Of a stretch of DNA of 64,000 nucleotides, positions 43,687 through 55,121 are shown one piece after another. The DNA lies in contig OZ242296.1 of the NCBI GenBank assembly GCA_965207735.1, positions 3,520,001 through 3,584,000 on the forward strand. The letters are read 5' to 3'. A model generated the notes under the pieces. That model was given only the letters and a program-made list of their open reading frames with translations, was not told where the DNA came from and searched no databases. Each line of letters begins with the position of its first letter. The stretch's first letter is position 1. The position numbers and the translations under genes are program-made. This DNA comes from Candidatus Versatilivorator sp. (lineage in GTDB: Bacteria > Acidobacteriota > Terriglobia > Versatilivoradales > Versatilivoraceae).

Positions 43687-45150
43687 ATGCTGACCAGGGA
43701 AGTGCCTGAAGGCTTGACTTTTGACGATGTCCTGCTGGTCCCCCGGAAGTCGGACATCGAGCCCGCGGGGGTGTCTACCCGAACCAGGCTGACGCGGCAC
43801 ATCCACCTCAATGTGCCCATCGTCAGCGCAGCCATGGATACCGTCACCGAAGCCCGCTTGGCGATTGCCATGGCCCAGCAGGGAGGCATGGGGATTATTC
43901 ACCGTAATATGTCTGTCGAGGGTCAGGCCTCGGAAGTGGACAAGGTCAAACGTTCCGAGAGCGGTATGATCGTGGATCCCATCACCATGTCGCCTCAGAA
44001 CCGCATCGACGAAGCACTGGAAATGATGAGGCACTACAAGATCTCCGGAGTGCCGATCACAGAGGACGGCAAGCTGGTGGGGATTCTGACCAATCGCGAC
44101 CTGCGCTTCGAAGACCGCTTGCACCTGCCCATCTCTGAAGTGATGACCAAGGAAAACCTCATCACCGTCCCCGTGGGGACCACGCTGGCCGAAGCCGAGG
44201 AAATGCTGCACCGGCACAGAGTGGAGAAACTGCTGGTCGTCGACAGCAAATACATGCTGAAGGGCTTGATCACGGTCAAGGATATTCGGAAGAAGATCCA
44301 GTACCCCGATTCGGCCAAGGATGGCCAGGGGCGCTTGCTGGTGGGTGCGGCCTTGGGCGTCACGGGCGACTACCTGGAGCGGGCAGAGGCTCTGGTGAAC
44401 GCCAACGTGGACGTGCTGGCCGTGGATACGGCCCACAGCCATTCTCAGCGGGTGATGGACGTACTCAAGGAGATCAAGCGGAAGTTCCCGGAAACGGATA
44501 CGATCGCCGGAAACATCGCGACCGCCGAGGCTGCAGCCGACATGATCCGCTGCGGCGCCGACGGCATCAAGGTGGGGATCGGACCCGGTTCCATCTGCAC
44601 CACGCGGGTGGTTTCGGCCGCCGGGGTTCCGCAGATCACTGCCGTGGCTGAATGTGCACGGGCTGCCAAGGAGTCGGGGATTCCCGTCATCGCCGACGGG
44701 GGGATCAAGTTTTCCGGAGATATCACCAAGGCCATCGCCGCCGGCGCCGACAGCATAATGATTGGAAGCCTGTTCGCCGGAACGGACGAAAGCCCGGGGG
44801 AAACGGTGCTCTATCAGGGCCGAAGCTTTAAAGCCTATCGGGGCATGGGCTCTTTCGGAGCCATGCAGGTAGGAAGCCGGGACCGCTATCGAATCGGTCA
44901 GGATACCAGCACGCAGAAACTGGTCCCGGAAGGCATCGAGGGACGTGTGCCCTATAAAGGTTCCCTGGCGGGAGTGGTGGCTCAGCTGGTGGGTGGGCTG
45001 AAAGCCGGGATGGGCTATGTGGGGTGTTCAGAAATCGAGGAGCTCCAGGAAAAGTCCCGTTTCATCAGGATTACGGTCGCCGGCCTCAAAGAGAGTCACG
45101 TCCACGACGTCATCATCACCCGGGAAGCCCCGAACTACCGCCTCGACTAA
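43687..45150 (+). CDS. guaB: IMP dehydrogenase
   Basis: [19 protein letters not shown] pair, [11 protein letters not shown]. Confidence 0.98.
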   Translation: MLTREVPEGLTFDDVLLVPRKSDIEPAGVSTRTRLTRHIHLNVPIVSAAMDTVTEARLAIAMAQQGGMGIIHRNMSVEGQASEVDKVKRSESGMIVDPITMSPQNRIDEALEMMRHYKISGVPITEDGKLVGILTNRDLRFEDRLHLPISEVMTKENLITVPVGTTLAEAEEMLHRHRVEKLLVVDSKYMLKGLITVKDIRKKIQYPDSAKDGQGRLLVGAALGVTGDYLERAEALVNANVDVLAVDTAHSHSQRVMDVLKEIKRKFPETDTIAGNIATAEAAADMIRCGADGIKVGIGPGSICTTRVVSAAGVPQITAVAECARAAKESGIPVIADGGIKFSGDITKAIAAGADSIMIGSLFAGTDESPGETVLYQGRSFKAYRGMGSFGAMQVGSRDRYRIGQDTSTQKLVPEGIEGRVPYKGSLAGVVAQLVGGLKAGMGYVGCSEIEELQEKSRFIRITVAGLKESHVHDVIITREAPNYRLD

Positions 45151-45442
45151 AACGCCTCGGGCGCGAGCAGGATCCCCGCGTCATCTTTACAACCTGCCCC
45201 TCCTTTTCCTCCCAATTTATACGGGCATTGCTGGTTCAGAATTCCCGCCCCCGATCCTCTCCCGGGGTCCTACTGCATCCCTGATCAGGAAGTCGCAATT
45301 TCCGGGTAACCCTTTTGGCGGCGTTACGCATCAGAGTTGTATGGCGGCAACGTAGGGCGTCGAAAGGTTGCTTCGGTTCGACACCCGCCGGCCAGGGCGC
45401 GCGCCTCATCTCTCACAAGATTTCCTGAAACGGGAGGGCGTT

Positions 45443-45778
45443 ATGGAACTGAGGGAATGCAAGTTCTACTACGGGGGGCAGGAAATGAGCTTCTCGGTGT
45501 TTTCGAACGATCCTTGCCGAGCCCTGTATCTCGACAGCATTTCGTTGCCCTTGATTCAGACGCGAGTCGATGTCTATCAGGTCGATCCGGGGCCAAAGAC
45601 CCGTTGGGTGCTGATCAGGCAAAAACACGAGGACAAGGACAGCTTCAGGCTGTTTATTCGCCAGGGCGACCGGTTTGTGGAGAGCCGAAAGCAGGCTCTG
45701 TCCAAGGAGTTGCGGGACGAGATTATTGGCAGGTTCCCCAACCTGACGGGTGAATTTCATCCGCCGCTGGCGGCTTGA
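45443..45778 (+). CDS. Hypothetical protein (111 aa)
   Basis: GGGAGG RBS then MELRECKFYYGG...; fills the gap between guaB and pnp. Confidence 0.65.
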   Translation: MELRECKFYYGGQEMSFSVFSNDPCRALYLDSISLPLIQTRVDVYQVDPGPKTRWVLIRQKHEDKDSFRLFIRQGDRFVESRKQALSKELRDEIIGRFPNLTGEFHPPLAA

Positions 45779-45822
45779 TCCGCACAGCATTCACCAAGCC
45801 GCTCGGTGGGCGGGCCCCTGCT

Positions 45823-47922
45823 TCAGGATGACTTCTGCCGTTGTTCCCGCAGCACGGCCTTGCGGCTCAACTTGACCTTCTGGCCGTCAATCCCGATGAC
45901 CTTGACCATAAGCTGATCCCCCTCCTTCAACTCATCCCTGACCTGCCGGATTCGATGCTCGGCGATTTCGCTGATGTGAAGGAGACCGTCGGTTCCGGGG
46001 AAGATTTCCACGAAGGCGCCGAAATCCACCAGGCGAACCACCTTGCCCAGATAGATCTTGCCCATTTCGGCCTCGGCAGTGATGTCCTTGATGATCTGAA
46101 TGGCTTTTCGGGCCGATGCCTCGTCCAGCGCGGCGATGTTGACCTTGCCGTCGTCGGCGACGTCGATCTTGACCCCGGTCTGCTCGGTGATTCCGCGAAT
46201 CACCTTGCCCCCGGGTCCAATGACATCGCGGATCTTGTCCCGCTTGATGCGAAGGGAATAGATCTTGGGAGCAAATTTTGAAGTATCGCTCCGGTGGGCT
46301 GAAATGGTGTCCAGCATTCTGTCGAGGACGAAGAGCCTTCCCCGCAGTGCCTGCTGGAGGGCTTCAGTCATGATTTCCATGGTCAAGCCGGCCATCTTGA
46401 TGTCCATCTGCAGGGCCGTGATTCCGGATCGGGTCCCGGTGACCTTGAAGTCCATGTCCCCGTAGTGGTCTTCGGCCCCGGCGATGTCGGTCAAGACGGC
46501 ATACTGGTCTCCTTGCTTGACCAAGCCCATGGCAATTCCGGCGACCGGCGCCTTGATGGGTACGCCGGCGTCCATCAGGGCGAGGATGCCGCCGCAGACG
46601 CTGGCCATTGAGGAAGAACCGTTGGACTCCAGGATGTCGGAGACAATGCGAATGGTGTAGGGGAATTGGTCTTCGGAGGGAACCACGGGCAGAATGGACC
46701 GCTCCGCCAGGGCGCCATGGCCCACCTCCCGGCGTCCCGGGCCTCGCATGAATCCCGTTTCACCCACGCTGAAGGGCGGAAAGTTGTAGTGGAGAAGGAA
46801 CCGCTTGGACGACTCTCCCTCCATGATGTCAATCTTCTGGATATCGTCCGAAGTGCCCAGGGTGGCGGTGACCAGCGCCTGAGTCTCGCCTCGGGTGAAA
46901 AGGGCTGAACCGTGGGCGCGGGGCAGAAGACCGACCTCACAGGTGATGGGACGGACGGCGTCGAACTCACGACCGTCAGGGCGTCTCTTCCGGTTGAGGA
47001 TGTCGTCGCGGAAGATTTGTTCCTTGATGCGATCGAAAATGGCCGAAGCGTCACTCCTCAATTCGGCCGACTCCTCCGGGTAGCTGTTCAACAGGGCTTC
47101 CTTGACGGAGTCGACCTGTTCGTAGCTTCCTTTCTTGCCATGCTTCGTGGTGTCGAGTGCGTCCCTCAGATCTGCTGATATCTTCCCGGAAATCTGACTG
47201 TACAGGTTTTCATCGACCGACCGCGAAACCAAGGGGCGTTTCCGGACGCCGAGGCGGGCCGCCAGTTCCCGTTGCAAGGGGACGATCTGCTTGATGTGTT
47301 CGTGCCCGAAAGCCAGGGCTTCGACCACCGTCGCCTCGCTCACCTCCCGAGCTCCGGCTTCAACCATCACGATAGCCTCTTCGCTGCCGGCAACGATCAA
47401 ATTGAGCTCGCTCTCCTTCAGGTCTTGGCTGGTAGGGTTAATCACCAGGCTGCCGCCGACCAGACCCACGCGAACCGCGGCGATAGGAGTCTCAAAGGGG
47501 ATGTCGGAGACCATCAAGGCCGCGCTGGCGCCCGTGATGCCGTGGATGTCGGGGTCGTTCTCTCCGTCCGCGGAGAGCACCAGGGCGATGATCTGAGTGT
47601 CGCAACGATAGTCCGACGGGAACAGCGGACGAAGGGGACGGTCTATCAGGCGACAGGTCAGAACCTCCTTTTCGCTCGGCTTTCCCTCGCGTTTGAAGAA
47701 GCCCCCCGGAATGCGTCCGGCGGCGTAATAGTTTTCCCGGTAGTCTACAGTCAGTGGAAAGAAATCCACCTTGTCCCGGGGCTGTTTTCTGGAACAGGCC
47801 GACACCAACACCACCGTGTCTCCGTAACTGACCTGAACAGCGCCGTCGGCCTGGCGGGCGATCCTGCCCGTTTCGATGGTGATTTCGTTCCCTCCGATGA
47901 GGGTGCTTGTTTTTTCAATCAT
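45823..47922 (-). CDS. pnp: Polyribonucleotide nucleotidyltransferase
   Basis: FFPLTVDY, RREVGHG, ESNGSSSMA, GDMDFK, KH and S1 domains. Confidence 0.98.
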   Translation of the reverse strand: MIEKTSTLIGGNEITIETGRIARQADGAVQVSYGDTVVLVSACSRKQPRDKVDFFPLTVDYRENYYAAGRIPGGFFKREGKPSEKEVLTCRLIDRPLRPLFPSDYRCDTQIIALVLSADGENDPDIHGITGASAALMVSDIPFETPIAAVRVGLVGGSLVINPTSQDLKESELNLIVAGSEEAIVMVEAGAREVSEATVVEALAFGHEHIKQIVPLQRELAARLGVRKRPLVSRSVDENLYSQISGKISADLRDALDTTKHGKKGSYEQVDSVKEALLNSYPEESAELRSDASAIFDRIKEQIFRDDILNRKRRPDGREFDAVRPITCEVGLLPRAHGSALFTRGETQALVTATLGTSDDIQKIDIMEGESSKRFLLHYNFPPFSVGETGFMRGPGRREVGHGALAERSILPVVPSEDQFPYTIRIVSDILESNGSSSMASVCGGILALMDAGVPIKAPVAGIAMGLVKQGDQYAVLTDIAGAEDHYGDMDFKVTGTRSGITALQMDIKMAGLTMEIMTEALQQALRGRLFVLDRMLDTISAHRSDTSKFAPKIYSLRIKRDKIRDVIGPGGKVIRGITEQTGVKIDVADDGKVNIAALDEASARKAIQIIKDITAEAEMGKIYLGKVVRLVDFGAFVEIFPGTDGLLHISEIAEHRIRQVRDELKEGDQLMVKVIGIDGQKVKLSRKAVLREQRQKSS

Positions 47923-47952
47923 TGAAGTGTTTCCCTGCCCGGGATGCAGCCG

Positions 47953-48002
47953 AAACAAAAATAGCGACTGCGGGCATCACCTTGGGTAATGCTCGGAGTC
48001 GC
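47953..48002 (-). terminator. rpsO terminator / pnp leader hairpin
   Basis: Minus strand GCGACTCCGAGCAT..ATGCCCGCAGTCGC followed by TATTTTTGTTT. Confidence 0.6.
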
Positions 48003-48041
48003 CAGTTCATAGCACTAATTCGAATTGTCTTACCGGGCTCT

Positions 48042-48311
48042 CTACTTGCGTATTCCAAGTTTTTGGATGACCGTACGATAGCGCTGGACATCCTTGGTTT
48101 TCAGATAGTCCAAAAGACGCCTGCGGTGCCCGACCATCTTCAGCAGACCGCGGCGAGAGGCGTGATCCTTCTTGTGCGACTTGAAGTGGCCCGTGAGGTA
48201 AGTGATCCGCTCGCTCAGCAGAGCAATCTGGACTTCCGGCGATCCCGTATCCGTGGGATGGGTCCGATATTTCTCAATCACTGAGGTCTTGAAATCCGGT
48301 GTCAGTACCAT
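48042..48311 (-). CDS. rpsO: 30S ribosomal protein S15
   Basis: [28 protein letters not shown]. Confidence 0.98.
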   Translation of the reverse strand: MVLTPDFKTSVIEKYRTHPTDTGSPEVQIALLSERITYLTGHFKSHKKDHASRRGLLKMVGHRRRLLDYLKTKDVQRYRTVIQKLGIRK

Positions 48312-48410
48312 GAAGTCGAAGAGTGGATCGTTTCCTTCCGAGCCGACAAAGCAGGCGGAATGTAGCATAGTCCCTTCCCCGAAGTAAAGCGAAATCACGG
48401 CAGGAGCCAG

Positions 48411-48589
48411 GGGCCATCCCACGCTACGGAATTCAGGGTGACAGGTAGGCCAATGCCCCTGAATCAGGCCCACAATCCATGTGGGCGCCCAATTCGGCTT
48501 TTGCCGGGCGAATGGGAACAACCGGGCAACCACAAAGGCAACCACAAGGGTTGCCCCTACCTTGGGGGTGGCGTGGCGTGGGATGGCCC
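48411..48589. repeat. Nested-hairpin intergenic element with a REP-like palindrome
   Basis: 18-bp IR 48411-48428 / 48572-48589 enclosing hairpins and GGGCAACCACAAAGGCAACCACAAGGGTTGCCCCTAC (48524-48560). Confidence 0.7.
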
Positions 48590-48625
48590 TGAGGCAGGAA
48601 CGGTCTCGGGACCGTTGGCCTGCAC

Positions 48626-49546
48626 CTACAGAACCAGCTTGGGAAGAATGCGGACCGAGGCCTGCTCGCCGCGCTCGGGCGGGCGTGGCGTGGCCGCTAT
48701 TTCAGCCAGTCCCAGGAGCAGACCCGAGTCGGAGAGGATCCGGATCAAGGGGGTGGGCGAATCAGTCAGCGGGACGTTCCTGACACCCAGCGTCCTTCCA
48801 TGGGCAAAGGCTTCCCGGTCTTCGGCGGACACGCGGACGCCGGGCATATCCTCCAGCATGGAGTTCATGGTGAGCAGGAACCGGGTCCAGTCTTCGGGTA
48901 TTCGGCCCTGGTCCAGGGGACAGGCCATCGACAGCGAGAACTTGCCCGAGGACAGGCGCCGCAGTCTGGACAGGTGGGCTCCACATCCCAGCTTCCGGCC
49001 CAGTTGGTGGGCCAGGGCGCGGACATAGGTGCCCGGCGAGCAGTGGATTTCGAAATCGATGGCGTCCGCCGCACCCTGGCGATAATTGAATCGATGGATG
49101 CAGATCCGCTGGGGAGGGATTTCAACCTGGAGCCCCTGCCGGGCCAGTCGGTAGGCGCGCTGCCCCCCGACCTTCTTGGCCGAGTATGGGGGAGGAGTCT
49201 GCATCTGCTCGCCGACCATGGACTCGACCGCGGTCCGGAGGCGGTCCGGAGGGAAACGGGGCTGTCGGAATTCGGACGTGGGTTGACCCAGGCGATCATA
49301 GGTGTCGGTGGCGAAGCCCAATCGGATGGATCCCTCGTAGACTTTCCTGCCGCCCATGAGGAATCGCGACAATCGGGTGGCGCGGCCGACTGCCAGGGGC
49401 AATACACCGGTGGCCATGGGGTCGAGAGTCCCCAAGTGGCCGATTTTCTTGACCTGGAGTTGGCGGCGGACGAACTGAACGACCTCGTGTGAGGTCATGC
49501 CTTCTGCTTTGTCGATGACCAGAAAGCCCGTGAGCGGTCCATTCAT
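48626..49546 (-). CDS. truB: tRNA pseudouridine-55 synthase
   Basis: [28 protein letters not shown]. Confidence 0.97.
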   Translation of the reverse strand: MNGPLTGFLVIDKAEGMTSHEVVQFVRRQLQVKKIGHLGTLDPMATGVLPLAVGRATRLSRFLMGGRKVYEGSIRLGFATDTYDRLGQPTSEFRQPRFPPDRLRTAVESMVGEQMQTPPPYSAKKVGGQRAYRLARQGLQVEIPPQRICIHRFNYRQGAADAIDFEIHCSPGTYVRALAHQLGRKLGCGAHLSRLRRLSSGKFSLSMACPLDQGRIPEDWTRFLLTMNSMLEDMPGVRVSAEDREAFAHGRTLGVRNVPLTDSPTPLIRILSDSGLLLGLAEIAATPRPPERGEQASVRILPKLVL

Positions 49547-49599
49547 GGGGGTTTCGGGCACAGGCAGGCTGCGGTGAGAAATCGGAAGCGGCTGGCTGG

Positions 49600-49965
49600 C
49601 TACTGGTCGGGAGTATCGACGGTTCGGGTCTGCTCGAGCAGTTCTTCAATCCGCGCTCCATACTCGATGGAGCGATCGTATTGAAAGTCCAGCTCCGGGG
49701 CGGCTCTCAGTTTCAGGTGGGAGCAGATCTCATGGCGAATGTGGGCCGAGGCCCGGTTGAGACCCAACAGCGTCTGTTCTCGTTCTTCCGGGCTGCCCAG
49801 CACACTGACGAAGACTCTGGCTTTCTTGAGGTCGGCGCTCATCTTGACCTCGGTGACGGTGGCCAAGCCGATTCTCGGGTCCCTCAGGCCGCGCAAAATG
49901 ACCTGGCTGATGGCCATTCGAAGCATTTCGCCGACTCGTCCCGGCCGTCTGGAGGGAGATTTCAT
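49600..49965 (-). CDS. rbfA: Ribosome-binding factor A
   Basis: LRDPRI, SADLKKA, PEL.F.YD.S. Confidence 0.96.
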   Translation of the reverse strand: MKSPSRRPGRVGEMLRMAISQVILRGLRDPRIGLATVTEVKMSADLKKARVFVSVLGSPEEREQTLLGLNRASAHIRHEICSHLKLRAAPELDFQYDRSIEYGARIEELLEQTRTVDTPDQ

Positions 49966-50240
49966 AGAAATTCTATCTGGCATTGCGCCAGGTTCCCGTC
50001 CAGGATCTTTTCGGCTTCATCCGTCACCGTCTGCAGGGTTCGTTCCAGGATGGCATGGTCGGAGGAAATGGCAACGATTCCCAGGGTCGATCGCTGCCAG
50101 AGGTCCTGGTGGTCGCATTCGGCTATGGACACGTTGAACTTCTTCAGACGGTCCCGCAGCCTGCGAATTACCTGGCGTTTGTCTTTGAGCGATTGAGCAT
50201 AGGGGATGACCACTTCAAGGGTGAGCAAACCGATGTTCAT
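49962..50240 (-). CDS. DUF503 (YlxP-like) protein
   Basis: SLKDKR, FNVSIAE, QDLWQR; position between infB and rbfA. Confidence 0.9.
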   Translation of the reverse strand: MNIGLLTLEVVIPYAQSLKDKRQVIRRLRDRLKKFNVSIAECDHQDLWQRSTLGIVAISSDHAILERTLQTVTDEAEKILDGNLAQCQIEFL

Positions 50241-50268
50241 TGCGGACTTGGACGGAGCCGGTTCCAAC

Positions 50269-52887
50269 TCATTCCATCTGCGGGGCGACCTTCTCCATGG
50301 TGAAGGATTCGATGACGTCGTCGTTCTTGATGTCGCTGAAACGCTCCAGGCCGATGCCGCATTCCAGGCCGGAGCGAACTTCTCCGGCGTCGTCCTTGAA
50401 GCGCCGCAGGGAGGCGATCTTGCCTTCGTAGATTACGACGTTGTCTCGCAGTAACCGCACTTTGGAGTTTCGGGCAACTTTCCCGTCGGAAATGTAGCAG
50501 CCGGCCACCACTCCTGCCTTGGGAACCTTGAAAGTCATTCTGACCTGGGCGGTGCCTTGCCAGACCTCCTTGTAGGTGTGGTCCAGCAGGCCCAGCATGG
50601 CATTCCGGATCTCTTCGCTGATCTTGTAGATCACGGTATGCAGGCGAATATCGACACCCTCCTGCGAGGCCAGCTCGGCCGCCTTCTTCTCCGGCCTGAC
50701 GTTGAATCCGACGATGACGGCATTGGAGGCGGAGGCCAAGAGCACGTTGGTTTCGGAAATGGCTCCGGTGCCGCGGTCAATGATCTTCACCTTGACCTTG
50801 GCGTTGCTGAGCTTGGAGAGGGTGTCCGACACGACTTCCACCGAACCCTGGACATCGGCCTTCAGAATGATGGGAAGCTCCTTGACCTCTCCTTCGCTCA
50901 TCTGCTCGTGCAGGTGTTCCAGCGTGAGGCGAGCCGTCTTGGCCAGTTGACTCTCACGGAGCTTGGACTGGCGCAGGCTGCCGATTTGCCTGGTCCTGCC
51001 GGCATCGCTGAGCACCTGGAACAGGTCTCCAGCGTGGGGGACCGATTGAAGCCCCAGAACCTCAACCGGCATGGCGGGAACGGCGGTTAGCACCGGCTCG
51101 CCGTGGAAGTCCAGCATGGCTCTGACCTTACCCGTGACCGGGCCGGCGATGAAAGGGTCCCCGACCTTCAAAGTGCCGTTTTGAACCAGGACGGTTGCCA
51201 CCGGTCCTCTGCCCCGGTCCAGCTTGGCTTCCACGATCGTTCCCATGGCCGTTCGCTGGGGGTTGGCTTTGAGGCCCTGCAGGTCGGCGACCAGCAGAAT
51301 CATCTCCAGCAAGAGGGCCAGGTTGGTTTTCTCTATGGCGGAGACTTCCACGGTTACCGTGTCCCCGCCCCAGTCTTCCGGTGTCAACCCGTTGGCGGCC
51401 AGGTTTTTCTTGACCGTGTCCACCTGGGCATTGGGTCGGTCGATCTTGTTAATGGCTACGACGATGGGGACCTTGGCGGCCCTGGCATGGTTGATGGCCT
51501 CCAGGGTTTGCGGCATCACGCCGTCATCCGCGGCCACCACCAGGACGACGATGTCGGTCACCTTGGCTCCCCGAGCACGCATCATGGTGAAGGCTTCATG
51601 GCCCGGAGTGTCCAGGAAGGTGATCGTGCGCTGATTCTTTTGGACCTGGTAGGCTCCGATGTGTTGGGTGATGCCTCCAGCTTCCTGGGAGGTTACGTCG
51701 GTCTCGCGGATCGCATCCAGCAGGGAAGTCTTGCCGTGGTCGACGTGGCCCATGATGGTGACCACTGGCGGTCGCGGCGCGATGTTCTCTGACTTTTCCT
51801 CGGCGATGGCTTCATACTCGGCGTCTTCCTCGAAACTGACAATGGAGGCTTCCGCCCCAAAATCCGCGCTCAGGTCCTTGGCCAGAGTCTCGTCCAGCGT
51901 CTGGTTCATGGTGGCGAAGATACCCTTGTCCAGCAGCCGCTTGATCAGATCCTTGGCTTTGACTTCCAGCCGTTCGGCCAGCTCCTTGATGGTGACGCCC
52001 TCGGTCAGAGTGACGGAGCGGTTGATTGGTATGGGCTGGAAGGGTTCGGGCCGGGCCACGGACAGTGCCTGGCGCGCAGCGAAGCGGGCTTCCCGAGACT
52101 CATGTCGGCCGCCATGACGCCGCTGGCCGGGCCGGCCCCGGCGATGGTCCCTGGGTGGTCCGCCGGGCCCGGGCGGGCGGCCGGGAAAAGGAGTCAGCGG
52201 CCTGCGCTGGGGAGTGAAGCCTGTGGCCGGTCTGGTTCCAGCGGGCAGGCTGAGAGGCCGGGCCGGTGCTCCCTGGCGGGATCGCGAAAGAAATGGCCGG
52301 GTCCGGATCTGTCCCGATCTGGAAAGGTGCTGGCGGATGGTTTCGGTCGGCGAAGGCCGCTCCATGCCCGCGGGCTTCCTGGGAGCCGCCGCCGTGCCGG
52401 TCTCCGGGATCGGTTTGGTGCTCCCCGGCTCCAATTTGGCGACGGGCTGAGGAACCACCGCCGGTTGCGCGGCGGCCGGGGGTGGGAGGGCTGCAGGTTC
52501 CGCCGTCGGGACAATCTCGGGGACGGGAGGACCGGGTTTCACCTCGACCGCCGGTGGCGGGGCGGTTTCGGGGGGCGCGGCCGCCGGGGCGGTCTCAACC
52601 GCGGCCGGCTCGGCGGTTTTCCCGGCCTGGTCCGGGACTTCAGGCTCTGGTGCGGGTTGGGGTTTCTCCGCGGTTTCGGCCTTGGCTATTGTTTCTGGCA
52701 CGGCCGCCTTTTTCTTCTCCGCCTTCTTGCCGGAGAAGTGGTCCTTGATGTCCTGGACGACCTCGGCCTCCACAAAACTGCTGGCGGAGACCTTCCTCAT
52801 TCCCTCCTGCTTCAGGTAGGCGACGATCTCCTTGACCTCGACCTTGATCTCCGGAGCGAGTTTTAACAATCGCGTCTTTTCGCTCAC
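50269..52887 (-). CDS. infB: Translation initiation factor IF-2
   Basis: [21 protein letters not shown]; Pro/Ala-rich N-terminus. Confidence 0.99.
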   Translation of the reverse strand: MSEKTRLLKLAPEIKVEVKEIVAYLKQEGMRKVSASSFVEAEVVQDIKDHFSGKKAEKKKAAVPETIAKAETAEKPQPAPEPEVPDQAGKTAEPAAVETAPAAAPPETAPPPAVEVKPGPPVPEIVPTAEPAALPPPAAAQPAVVPQPVAKLEPGSTKPIPETGTAAAPRKPAGMERPSPTETIRQHLSRSGQIRTRPFLSRSRQGAPARPLSLPAGTRPATGFTPQRRPLTPFPGRPPGPGGPPRDHRRGRPGQRRHGGRHESREARFAARQALSVARPEPFQPIPINRSVTLTEGVTIKELAERLEVKAKDLIKRLLDKGIFATMNQTLDETLAKDLSADFGAEASIVSFEEDAEYEAIAEEKSENIAPRPPVVTIMGHVDHGKTSLLDAIRETDVTSQEAGGITQHIGAYQVQKNQRTITFLDTPGHEAFTMMRARGAKVTDIVVLVVAADDGVMPQTLEAINHARAAKVPIVVAINKIDRPNAQVDTVKKNLAANGLTPEDWGGDTVTVEVSAIEKTNLALLLEMILLVADLQGLKANPQRTAMGTIVEAKLDRGRGPVATVLVQNGTLKVGDPFIAGPVTGKVRAMLDFHGEPVLTAVPAMPVEVLGLQSVPHAGDLFQVLSDAGRTRQIGSLRQSKLRESQLAKTARLTLEHLHEQMSEGEVKELPIILKADVQGSVEVVSDTLSKLSNAKVKVKIIDRGTGAISETNVLLASASNAVIVGFNVRPEKKAAELASQEGVDIRLHTVIYKISEEIRNAMLGLLDHTYKEVWQGTAQVRMTFKVPKAGVVAGCYISDGKVARNSKVRLLRDNVVIYEGKIASLRRFKDDAGEVRSGLECGIGLERFSDIKNDDVIESFTMEKVAPQME

Positions 52888-53025
52888 AAAACCTCCGCGT
52901 GGCGCCGGGAAGGGCTCAAGGGATTCCTCCCCCGGCAGCCTGCCATCCCTCCCGATTACTGCGTGTGGAAATTGGGTTCTCCGGCCTACTGCCTGGACGT
53001 TCTTGAAAACGTTGCCTTTGGCCGT

Positions 53026-54534
53026 TTACTTCCCCTGGATTTCGTCCTCACCGGCTGCAGGACCCTCTTCATCCGAGCCTGGCTGTTCGTTAGAACTCTC
53101 CGCCTCTGCGCCTTCGGCTTCCTCCGAGGGGACTTCTGACAGGTCAGCGGACTGGAGCGAGCCAGCGGCTTCCTCATCCGGTTCCTCGGCTTCACGGGCG
53201 GCGGCCTCCCTCCGGGCTCTCTCCTCCTCGGCTCTCTGTTCGGCTTCGGCCGCCCTTCTGGCTTCGGCTGCTTCGGTGTATCGGATATAGTAGTCCTTCA
53301 CCGAGGCGATAATTTTTTCGGCGCTCTTGGGACCGACCCCCTTGATGCCGGTCAGGTCTGCAATCGGCGTGTCAGCCAGTTCCTCGATGGTCTCGATACT
53401 GTTTTCCGTGAGCTTGGCCAGGATGCCCGGCGAAAGGGCCGGCAACTCGGAAAGAGGTGTCTTGGCTGACAGCATGGCCATCTGATCTTCAATCTCGGCC
53501 CGCTTCTCCTCTTCGCTCTTGATATCGATTTTCCAACCCGTCAACTTTGCCGCCAAGCGCACGTTCTGGCCCTTTTTCCCGATAGCCAGAGACAACTGAT
53601 CGGTTTCCACGATGACTTCCAGATGCTTGTCCTCGGCATCCAGGACTGAGGCGCGACTGATCTTGGCGGGACTCAAGGCGTTCATCACGAAGTTGATGGT
53701 GTCCTCGGAGTAGGGGATGATGTCGATCTTCTCTCCGTGGAGTTCACGGATGATGGCCTGAACCCTCGATCCTTTCATTCCCACGCAGGCCCCCACGGGG
53801 TCGACGTCCTTGTCGCGAGAGGACACGGCAATCTTGGAGCGTTCCCCCGTATCTCTGGCAGCAGTCCTGATGGTCACCGTCCCGTCATAGATTTCCGGCA
53901 CTTCCATTTCAAACAGCTTGGCCAGCAGGGCCGGGTCAATGCGGGAAACAATGACCTGAGGGCCCCTGGAGGGTTTCTCCACCTTGATGATGACCACGCG
54001 GACTCTGTCGCCCATGGTGAAGCTCTCCAGGCGCGACTGCTCTCGCCTGGGGAGTCGGCCCTCTGCAGTTCCCAGGTCGACAATCACGTCGGGTCCCTCG
54101 GTCCGCTTCACCAGACAGGTGACCACCTCGCCGATCCGCTGGCTGTATTCTTCGAAGATGCTCTCCCGTTCCGCCTCGCGAACTTTCTGCAGAATCACTT
54201 GTTTGGCTGTCTGGGCGGCAATGCGCCCCAGCACATCGGTGGGTTTCTCTATTCTTACCTCTCCATCGATCTCGGCACCGGGATCGATCTGCCGGGCCTC
54301 GGAGAGGGAGATCTCGTGGGTGGGGTCGGTGACCGCCTCGACAACCTGTTTGACCGCATGGACCTCGACCCGGCCCGTATCCTTGTTGAAGGAGGAAGTC
54401 AGTTCCTCCGTGGACTTGTAGTACTTGCGGGTGGCCACCAGAATCGCATCTTCCACGGCGCTGACCACAATTTCCGGATCGATTCCCTTCTCCTTGCTGA
54501 GAAGGTCGATATGCTGGTAGAGCAGGGTGCTCAT
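53026..54534 (-). CDS. nusA: Transcription factor NusA
   Basis: GRIAAQTAKQ, GACVGMKGSRV, AIGKKGQNVRLA. Confidence 0.98.
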   Translation of the reverse strand: MSTLLYQHIDLLSKEKGIDPEIVVSAVEDAILVATRKYYKSTEELTSSFNKDTGRVEVHAVKQVVEAVTDPTHEISLSEARQIDPGAEIDGEVRIEKPTDVLGRIAAQTAKQVILQKVREAERESIFEEYSQRIGEVVTCLVKRTEGPDVIVDLGTAEGRLPRREQSRLESFTMGDRVRVVIIKVEKPSRGPQVIVSRIDPALLAKLFEMEVPEIYDGTVTIRTAARDTGERSKIAVSSRDKDVDPVGACVGMKGSRVQAIIRELHGEKIDIIPYSEDTINFVMNALSPAKISRASVLDAEDKHLEVIVETDQLSLAIGKKGQNVRLAAKLTGWKIDIKSEEEKRAEIEDQMAMLSAKTPLSELPALSPGILAKLTENSIETIEELADTPIADLTGIKGVGPKSAEKIIASVKDYYIRYTEAAEARRAAEAEQRAEEERARREAAAREAEEPDEEAAGSLQSADLSEVPSEEAEGAEAESSNEQPGSDEEGPAAGEDEIQGK

Positions 54535-54557
54535 GAATGCCCCGTAACGCGAACCGG

Positions 54558-55007
54558 CTAGAAGTCGAAATCCAGGTGCGCTTTCGACACGACTTCCAAT
54601 GGAATCAATACCGAGCTTGCATCCTTACGCTCCACGGCGACCCGGTTTCCCTTCATGCCGAGCAGCGTTCCACGGAAATGCCGCAAACCCTCCACGGCTT
54701 CCGTGGTGGAGATTTTGACCAGCCGGCCTGCAAAACGCTGGAACTCCGCCGCCGTCCGCACCCTTCGAGTCAGGCCCGGGGAGGAAACCTCCAGAGTGTA
54801 GCGTCCCGCGACGGCCTCCTCAACCTCGAGCAGCGGCCCCAGCTGGTCACTGATCCGAGCACAGTCGTCGTGCTTGATTCCTCCTGCCCGGTCAATGAAA
54901 ATCCGCAGGACTCGCCGGCCCGGGGAACCCTTCAGTTCAACCTCTACCAGCTCGAATCCCTCAGCCTGGACCACCTCGTCGATGAGTGCCGTTATCTTGT
55001 CGATCAA
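54558..55007 (-). CDS. rimP: Ribosome maturation factor RimP
   Basis: LRIFID, YTLEVSSPGL. Confidence 0.96.
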   Translation of the reverse strand: MIDKITALIDEVVQAEGFELVEVELKGSPGRRVLRIFIDRAGGIKHDDCARISDQLGPLLEVEEAVAGRYTLEVSSPGLTRRVRTAAEFQRFAGRLVKISTTEAVEGLRHFRGTLLGMKGNRVAVERKDASSVLIPLEVVSKAHLDFDF

Positions 55008-55045
55008 GCCGCAGATCCTTCACTTCCCGCAGGCTGAAAGGCAAC

Positions 55046-55068
55046 AAAAAAGTGGGCTTTCGCCCACT
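55046..55068 (-). terminator. rimP-leader terminator/attenuator hairpin
   Basis: Minus strand AGTGGGC-GAAA-GCCCACT-TTTTT just upstream of rimP. Confidence 0.75.
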
Positions 55069-55121
55069 CGGGTCACGGATATTATCTTGGGAGCCACCAG
55101 AAATCAACAAAATTCGATACT

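Noticed and set aside
52100-52720. Pro/Ala-rich low-complexity stretch
   Set aside because: Normal variable N-terminal region of IF-2.
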